NCBI GenBank assembly: GCA_002256025.1
Contig: NKIB01014066.1
Span: 1-39,366 of the forward strand
Source of the DNA: Asterionella formosa
Taxonomy: Eukaryota
Length of the DNA: 39,366 nt
Direction: 5' to 3'
Position numbers and translations under genes: made by a program
Part shown: positions 32,320 to 39,366 of the stretch, one piece after another
Numbering within the stretch: position 1 is the first letter of the stretch
Layout of the letters: each line of letters begins with the position of its first letter
The notes under the pieces: model-generated
The model's input: only the letters and a program-made list of their open reading frames with translations
Database searches by the model: none
What the model was told of the DNA's origin: nothing

Positions 32320-33280
32320 TATTTCCTAAAGGCCAACAATGGAGCCATATTTTCATGTCAGAGACCGTAATTCACAGCAGAAATTGCCTTTGACACATCA
32401 CAAAATGAAGCAAATCGCTCGCAGGTATCTCATTAACAACGATGACCCAGTACCATTTGTAAAAACTAAATCAGGCGGGAATGGCAACTAATTTTCACTA
32501 GTACAATTACATGCTACTATGACACTAAATGATTCACAGTTGTTGGCAGGACATTTCTCATCAATTTCTATCCTGACTACAAATTCAAGTTTAAAGATCC
32601 AACTCATGAAATGCAAGAGAGACGTACTCACTCAAAAGGAAAGGCGCCTTGCTGCATTTGCTCTTGAAAAGGATGACATTGTTGATCTGGCTTCAGGGGC
32701 TTGGGATGAATCCTTTGCCCATATCGCCAAAAACCAAAAAGCTGTTGCTGAACAAGGTTGGGTCCATTGAACTACAACTTGTAGCTCCATCCGTAAAAAA
32801 AATTTAACTGAGAAGCATTGAATCTGCAAACAGAAGCAAACAATAATTAACCAGTCTCTTTCATTCCCCAATCCAGAATAAACATGTGCCAAGGAGGTAT
32901 TACTTGAACCCTACTAGTTGATCAGGTCATACAGTATCGCAATCATGAGGATGCTAGAAAGAGAATAAATCTGGACTAACTTGTTGCCCACCAACAAAAA
33001 CAAGCAGCACTCAAGGCAATTGCAAGCAATAAACAATACACAGCCAGTCTCCATGTCGGTGTGGGCAGTTACTTGCTTGTTGGATCCTGAAGAGGTCTAT
33101 GACCAGGTGAAAAGGAAATTGCTTATGGAAGAAGCACAGAGTGAGCAAGAAAATCGGAAAATAGATGCACACGCAACACTTGCAAACGAGGTTTATGCAA
33201 TCAGAACGCTAAACAACAGTCAGCAGAGTGGATAGCGGCGCAAACGAAAACAATTGCATTGTAGTACAAGCAAATGAATT
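32320..33280 (+). pseudogene. Degenerate pogo-like transposase (C-terminal half)
   Basis: AWDESFAHIAKNQKAVAEQGW.H.NYNL.LHP, followed by segments homologous to the element at 5..2009. Many stops and frameshifts. Confidence 0.7.
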
Positions 33281-33480
33281 TAATTATAAAGGTGGTTTGC
33301 ATATAAGCTAATAAAATATTAAAAAGAAATTACTTAAGAAGAAAATATTGCCCCTAAGTGATGACGACGTTTTCGAAACGATCAACCGGATGTACTAACT
33401 TCCGTAATTATGACTTTAACCGGTAACCACTTTAGGTATGAGGTCGACTTGCACGAGCCGCAACTTCAAGGAACGGTTAA

Positions 33481-33700
33481 CAGATAATGTCAATTTTGAG
33501 GAAAACAAAATTGTTTGGTTGGCAATGGAGGGGTAATTTTCCATTAGCATGATGGAGTAGGAGAGAAACTATTTATTTAGCCATATCTAGTTATGTAAAA
33601 CAGCTTTTAAGATTCTATTGCCCTGGCATCCGAATCCTATCAGTAACAACAAGTGCTCCATGTGAATTTATTTTACCTGTAACCGTCATAAAGTTTCAAA
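33481..33700 (+). mobile_element. Transposon end related to 12715-12901 (inverted)
   Basis: Shares GGAGGGGTAATTTTCC and a 46-bp block (44/46) at similar distance from the terminus. Confidence 0.7.
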
Positions 33701-33751
33701 CGGAAAAGCGCTGCCACCTTTCACAGCAGAATCGCTAACTACCAACTTCAA

Positions 33752-33893
33752 CTTGCTGACTGCGGACTTCTGTTGCTAACTGCTGACTTGATTTGCTGAA
33801 AAAAATTAGAAATTTTCACTGACTCCTGACTTCATTTGCTGACTACTTAGTCTACTGACATGAATCGCTGACTGTTAACTTCACTTTGCTGAC
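33752..33893. repeat. Array of (G)CTGAC(T) motifs
   Basis: About ten CTGAC/CTAAC-like units in 140 bp. Confidence 0.7.
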
Positions 33894-34385
33894 GTCAAGA
33901 AACCTACTTTGTATATAGGAAGAGACCGACTACCGGTGTATGAATCGTGTTTACTATTGATAACTTAATTATGATGGAAACGCATCTTTTAATCGTTTGT
34001 CTACTGATGGACCTTCCTGTACAAGCTTTTTGTTGCTTGTATCTGCTTTTTGAGTCATGAATTCATTTATTTAAGTCAAGTCAAGCTTCAGTCATTAATT
34101 TGTGTCATGCTGGGAGTACCACAGTATCAATTCTACTCAAATGTCTACACAATGCACCTCTCTGTTTTACTTTTACATGAAATCCTCACATTTTCAAAGC
34201 ATGTCATTACTTATGAGTTTGTACAAATCCCTTCATAGCACCTTCGTATGCCGGTTTGACGATAACAATAAGAGCATACAGTTTTTTTTGCAAATCAATC
34301 AGGAATAAGATCACTCCAACCGCGAGATTGTTCGCTTTTGATCCAGTTGTTGACGTTGCGAACGCTTCGCTACACTCTGTCAAGG

Positions 34386-36839
34386 ATGCCGTCGCTTGTT
34401 CTATTTGGCCGTCGGACTCTACTGGCAGGCGATGACCTTCGATTATGGGCATTAATGAGCAGCAGCATAAAATTGGCAGAAATAGGTGTTTGTATTCCTC
34501 TCCTCGTGTATTTAGCTCCGGGTAATTCATTCGACGATTCCAGGGGGTCCATCAAGGAGGCGTGCGATAACTCGAACGCAGGCCGACCAGTCAAAAATCT
34601 CCTTGCTCTCCTTTACTCATATGTCTTAACTTCATCACTTTCGGCAGCGTCAGGAATTTTGTTGGCGGCACGAGTTTGGGCGTTGAGTAGGACTGGTACA
34701 CCCACGATACAGGGAAAACGACAACGGATTCAGCCCCTATGCCACCTAAATTTGACGCTTCTCTTTTCAGTCAGCATTTCTTTGCTTGTGTTAGGAATAG
34801 TTGTGCGCTCCAATTTTCTAGAATACTGCAAATGTGGAGTGGAAAGCAATTCAGCGAACTTAAGCTCGAAATGCGGAGGGAATGAAGGGCAAGCGTATGA
34901 TCTTATGAATGCCTTGGGTAGGATGAATTTTGCCGATTATTGCTTCGCCGTCTTGATGATGATCTATTTCGGTTGCAAATGCTTGCCAAAATGTTGCATG
35001 AGAATATCTTCTGAAGATCAATGGAAATGCTGCTGTAGATGTTGTTGCACGTTTTCGTCCATCCTGACCTGCTGCATGTTGGGTGGTCGAGATTCGGTCA
35101 CTGGTGACTTCTCCGATGTTGCTCTCATCCTGTCTGACTACTTTGATGGTGGAGGTCGATTAGACGTAGTTCCATCTGACATTTATGTTGGTTTAATGTT
35201 GGCTAGAGTTCAAGCTGAGAAACGAACCGAAGCTGAATCAAACCTTAAATGTCAGATTAAGGATATTGAGAATCCTCTGGACACTGGAGAGCCTGGCACT
35301 GTGACCGACGGTAAACCTATGCAAGCGCGGCAAGGGGAATCATCGGCGCCTCTAGATACTGGAGGGCCTGGCAGTGTTAACGACGACGATGATGTGCAAA
35401 CGCGTTTAGTGGAGCCGTCGGTACCTCTGTATGCTGGAGAGCCTGGCAGTGTGAACGAGGACCAAACTATGCAAATGCGGAAAGTGATGTCATCGGGGCA
35501 TTCTTTAAGTGACGATTCTCGTACGATCCAAGTTCAACGATCACTTCGGGGCCACATCTTTTATGAAACCCAGCTACTAAGGGATACTCTTTGGATTGAG
35601 AATCCAATAGATCGTTCAGTGATTGCGGAGGGAGCACACTTTATGCGCTTGTCATTGGCAATTTACACATGGGGCATGAAAACAAGAAATCAGCCGTTCA
35701 CGGCGCTTTGCGAATTGCTCGCCATATCTGCCGGGACGTCGATTCGGGAATGCTGTAAACGACACACTCAGTTTGTGTCAGACAACCCCTGTCGGTTTAA
35801 TCAGACTGCTTTGATGAGAGAGGCGGGTTTAAAGGAAACTGAGGTGGTTTTTGCTCAGTTCAAAGTTGGCTATGCGCCAACTCCCTACTGCATTGTTCTT
35901 GACCATGAATGGAAGTCTATCGTTATTGGTATTCGAGGTACTCTATCATTGGATGATTTGCTGGCAGATATGACCCTTCGACCAGTTTCACTAGAAAAGT
36001 TAGGAGAGCTATGCGGCTTTGACGGAACAGATAGGTACGTTCATTCTGGTATGTTAGCTTGTTGTGAGTGGATTTATCGCGACATTGAGAAAGTGGGAAT
36101 TTTGGCCAGTACAGTAGCAACATATTCAACGTACGACATTCGAATAACAGGCCATTCTTTGGGGGCTGGATGTGCGGCCATCCTGGCGATTCTACTTCGA
36201 CCAAGGTATCCCTCGATTCGTGTTCTTGCTTTCAGTCCCCCTGGATGTGTCATGACAAAAAATCTTGTAGATGAAAGCAAAGGATACATCCGCTCTTACG
36301 TCCTAGATTGCGATATTATCCCACGATTATCTCTTCAATCAATTGAGAATCTTCGAGATGGCGTCTTGGACATGATTGATCGAATCAAAGTGCCTAAATA
36401 CCATGTCCTTTCTGGGCCGCGTCGAGCCGAATCAATCAAAACAGCAAATCAGAATGTTCTACATAGTGCCGACAGCATCCCCGCCACTCAGTTTCATTCC
36501 GAACTTCAAAGTTTTCGTATTGAGTACACTGAGCGAATAAGGACTCGACAATTTCGAGAAGTAGAGTTGTGGCCACCTGGGGAAATTGTACACTTATCTG
36601 CATCAGGTCAGTCCAAGACACCTTTGGTTAATTTCGGATGTTTTGAGTATTCCAGGAAAACGAAGTCCTATGCTGCCTGTTGGGCTGATACTGCCGACTT
36701 TCGGGAGATTCTTCTGAGCTCCCACCTGGTCAAAGACCACGAACCTGCAAACGTTTTGCGAGAATTGGAGGCACTTGCTGAGCAGTTTGGGCTGAAAGCA
36801 CCATATAACACGGCATATGTACATGAGGGGGGCGTGTAG
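34386..36839 (+). CDS. sn1-specific diacylglycerol lipase (DAGL alpha/beta-like, lipase class 3)
   Basis: DAGL-type start MPSLVLFGRR...DDL, four TM helices, DVVPSDIYVGL, IVIGIRGTLSLDD, HSGM, nucleophile ITGHSLGAG, AFSPPG, DIIPRLS and DH. Confidence 0.92.
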   Translation: MPSLVLFGRRTLLAGDDLRLWALMSSSIKLAEIGVCIPLLVYLAPGNSFDDSRGSIKEACDNSNAGRPVKNLLALLYSYVLTSSLSAASGILLAARVWALSRTGTPTIQGKRQRIQPLCHLNLTLLFSVSISLLVLGIVVRSNFLEYCKCGVESNSANLSSKCGGNEGQAYDLMNALGRMNFADYCFAVLMMIYFGCKCLPKCCMRISSEDQWKCCCRCCCTFSSILTCCMLGGRDSVTGDFSDVALILSDYFDGGGRLDVVPSDIYVGLMLARVQAEKRTEAESNLKCQIKDIENPLDTGEPGTVTDGKPMQARQGESSAPLDTGGPGSVNDDDDVQTRLVEPSVPLYAGEPGSVNEDQTMQMRKVMSSGHSLSDDSRTIQVQRSLRGHIFYETQLLRDTLWIENPIDRSVIAEGAHFMRLSLAIYTWGMKTRNQPFTALCELLAISAGTSIRECCKRHTQFVSDNPCRFNQTALMREAGLKETEVVFAQFKVGYAPTPYCIVLDHEWKSIVIGIRGTLSLDDLLADMTLRPVSLEKLGELCGFDGTDRYVHSGMLACCEWIYRDIEKVGILASTVATYSTYDIRITGHSLGAGCAAILAILLRPRYPSIRVLAFSPPGCVMTKNLVDESKGYIRSYVLDCDIIPRLSLQSIENLRDGVLDMIDRIKVPKYHVLSGPRRAESIKTANQNVLHSADSIPATQFHSELQSFRIEYTERIRTRQFREVELWPPGEIVHLSASGQSKTPLVNFGCFEYSRKTKSYAACWADTADFREILLSSHLVKDHEPANVLRELEALAEQFGLKAPYNTAYVHEGGV
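35274..35498 (+). repeat. Three 75-bp (25-aa) coding tandem repeats in DAGL
   Basis: PLDTGEPGTV / PLDTGGPGSV / PLYAGEPGSV starting at 35274, 35349 and 35424. Confidence 0.9.
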
Positions 36840-36920
36840 TGGAGCGGGGCCCAGCATCACCATAATGACACTATTAGTGGCTAAACATTAGTAACATGTC
36901 CACATTAATCAAACTCCTTA

Positions 36921-38771
36921 TTAGTACCCATCTATGGCTTTGCTCAAGTATGGAATTACGTCAATGATCGGAATTCGAATTTGCTCAGTCGAGTCTCGTT
37001 CACGTATGGTAACTCCACTGTCCTTCTCAATGGTATCAAAGTCAATGGTGATGCAAAACGGAACACCAATTTCGTCAGCACGCCGGTATCGACGCCCAAT
37101 CGCTCCACTGGCATCCCATTGTACATTGTATCGCAATCGCAAGTTGTCAAAAAGTTCCCTTGCTACGCCGACTAGCTCTTCCTTGTTCTTGACAAGAGGG
37201 CAGACAACAGCCTTAACGGGAGCAATGGAAGGATGGAACTGTAAAAAGTTCCTTTTTTCTCCTCCAATCTCATCTTCGGCGTATGCAGAGCAAATTAATG
37301 CCAGAATCAGTCGGTCCACCCCTAAACTAGGTTCAATGCAATGAGGAATAAATTTTTCCTTGCTTTGCTCATCGTAATACTCCAACGACTTTCCCGACCC
37401 ATCCGAGTGCTGTGTCAAATCAAAATTTCCACGAGCAGCGATACCCATGAGTTCCTGGGTGCCAAACGGAAAGCGGAAGGTGATATCTGTGCACGCACGA
37501 GCATAGTGAGCCAAGCTGTCACCTTCGTGAACGTCCCATCCCATTAAGTGTTCTTTCAATCCAATTTGGAGCCTAATGGTATTGTGGCGAAGAAACAATG
37601 GTAAGTATATTTTCCAGTCTACTAAGATAGGGCATTCACTCCGTGAAAACACTCACAAAAAGTCTTTGCTATCCTTCATCCATTGTTCATGAAATGGCTG
37701 CCATACGTCATCGCCTGGTGGAATAAAGTATTCAACTTCCATCTGCTCAAATTCTCTCGAACGAAAAATGAAATTTCGTGGAGTAATTTCATTGCGAAAG
37801 GCCTTTCCAATTTGAGCAATTCCAAAAGGAATCTTTTGCCGGGAAGTGCCAAGTGCGTTCTTGAAATTGATGAAAATTCCTTGCGCTGTTTCGGGACGTA
37901 GGTATGCGATATTGGTGCTGTCGGTAGCAGCACCAACGTTTGTCTCAAACATGAGGTTAAAATCACGAGGCATGGTTAGTGTGGGTTTGCCTGAGGCCGG
38001 AGATGGTATTTCCGTCATTTGTTCTTCCGTAGCTTCCATTAGTCCAACAAAGGAGAAGCTTTCAAGGGGCAAGTTTTTCATATCTTTCTCCTTCAAGAGT
38101 GCTTTGGCTTGTTTAGTGGCTTCCTTCACCATTTCTTCGTCGTTATCTTCTTGGACACAAATGTACCCGACCGTTTCCTTGGTTTCGCTAAGAACGACTG
38201 GGGCATAAAAAAGTTGATCGGCGCGGAAACGTAATTTAGTTTCCTTGCAATCTACCATTGGGTCAGAGAATCCGTCGACGTGGCCTACATTTCGTTGAGT
38301 TGAACGGTTAGCAACGAAATGGCTCGCGAACATATGAGCACATTAAAAGCAGTGAAAGTTAGCATTCGCCTTACCGGAGGACTTCCATGTCGCTGGGTTG
38401 TGGATGATGCTGCTGTCCAAGCCAACGACATCTTCTCTTCTCGTCACGAAGTGCCTCCACCACGCATCCTTGACATTTTTCTTCAGTTCAGATCCAATAG
38501 GGCCATAGTCATAAAAGCCAGCGTACCCATTGTAAATTTCTGAAGACGGAAAAACGAATCCGCGTCGTTTACATAAGGAAACGATGTCTTCCATGCTGGC
38601 CTGATCGTAAGCGTCTTCGTTGACGATGGGCTTAGCGGATGCCGTTTCTTCCGTTGTCGAGAAGAGGCGGAGGCTGGCGAGAGTGATGGAAGACGCTCTG
38701 GGAGCCGAAAAGCCAACAGCAAACTTGGGAAGCAACGCCATGCTAGTCAACAAGGAAAAGTAGAACTTCAT
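36921..38771 (-). CDS. glyQS: Glycyl-tRNA synthetase (alpha2 type), organellar; complement(join(36921..37572,37657..38284,38375..38771)), 558 aa
   Basis: [52 protein letters not shown] and [12 protein letters not shown]. Two GT-AG introns restore the frame. Presequence AVG|FSAP. Confidence 0.95.
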
Positions 38772-39058
38772 ACTCTAGATGGAGCCGTCAATGGATAGTG
38801 TTGAATCCACAAGTTCGGACTGGATTCTATTGTGTCTGTAAGACAACAATGGACGGAAGACAGTCAAGGGGAGGCTTTATTGATGTCAACCCGATAATTA
38901 TGGCTGGAATCATTCTCAGAGTACATACCGGTATAGTAGCCACCTTAGCCCTAGTATGATAGATAATTAGCATAGGGAATATTTTATGGATAAATATATT
39001 CGTGCATTACTTACGCAATGTTGAAAAGGATATACCGGTAACAACATAAGCTATCCCT

Positions 39059-39366
39059 TTATTCATCTACATTCATTATCAACATGTAATCGAAGTCCAA
39101 GGCACATCCATGTGTCTTCATCTTCTTTATAAGGTCGTCGATTTTGACAGGGCCATGCTTGGAGCACTGCTGTTGCAGTTCTGGTTCAAATAAGCCAGAA
39201 TCAAGAGCATGGTAAGAAGCGTTTTCATTTTCGGGCTCCTGTCATTACTTCTGCTGACAAACATGTTCTGACACTTGCCATGAAATTCGATTTCCCCTTC
39301 TTTTCCTTCAGTGCCAGGTTCTGGTATGTGCCTTTGCTTGGCACATGCCCACATGTATTCCATAAC
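39059..39366 (-). pseudogene. C-terminal remnant of an IS630/Tc1-like transposase, truncated by the window end
   Basis: Frameshifted EYMWACAK...KEKKGKSNFMASVRTCLS...KMKTHGCALDFD* resembles the C-terminus of stramenopile Tc1-like transposases. Confidence 0.6.

Noticed and set aside
2582..38771. Functional gene cluster or operon
   Set aside because: Genes have unrelated functions, compartments and orientations.

Overview
Gene-dense eukaryotic nuclear DNA, most likely from a diatom. The evidence is short GT-AG introns, bipartite ASAFAP-type plastid targeting presequences and diatom-type gene and transposon families. Thirteen protein genes are supported: SPB1/FTSJ3, plastid HemF, a Popeye-like membrane protein, a flavin amine oxidase, a very large PXA-RUN-PX-PXC sorting nexin, a single-pass membrane protein, a THUMP methyltransferase, NDUFA6, a cysteinyl GST, an RVxF/RGLE-type protein, an OM47-like beta-barrel, a DAG lipase and an organellar GlyRS. 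They are separated by AT-rich, CpG-poor blocks of transposon relics: TA-flanked CC...GG-ended pogo/Tc1-mariner-like elements, a Harbinger-like relic, a tRNA-derived SINE and a possible LINE fragment. The most striking unexplained signal is at least 23 TACCGGTA and 10 TACC(A/T)GGTA copies, almost all intergenic and often chained. These are the excision footprints predicted for the TA|CCAG...CTGG|TA element seen at 5..2009. All family assignments come from motif recognition by eye; no database searches were run.
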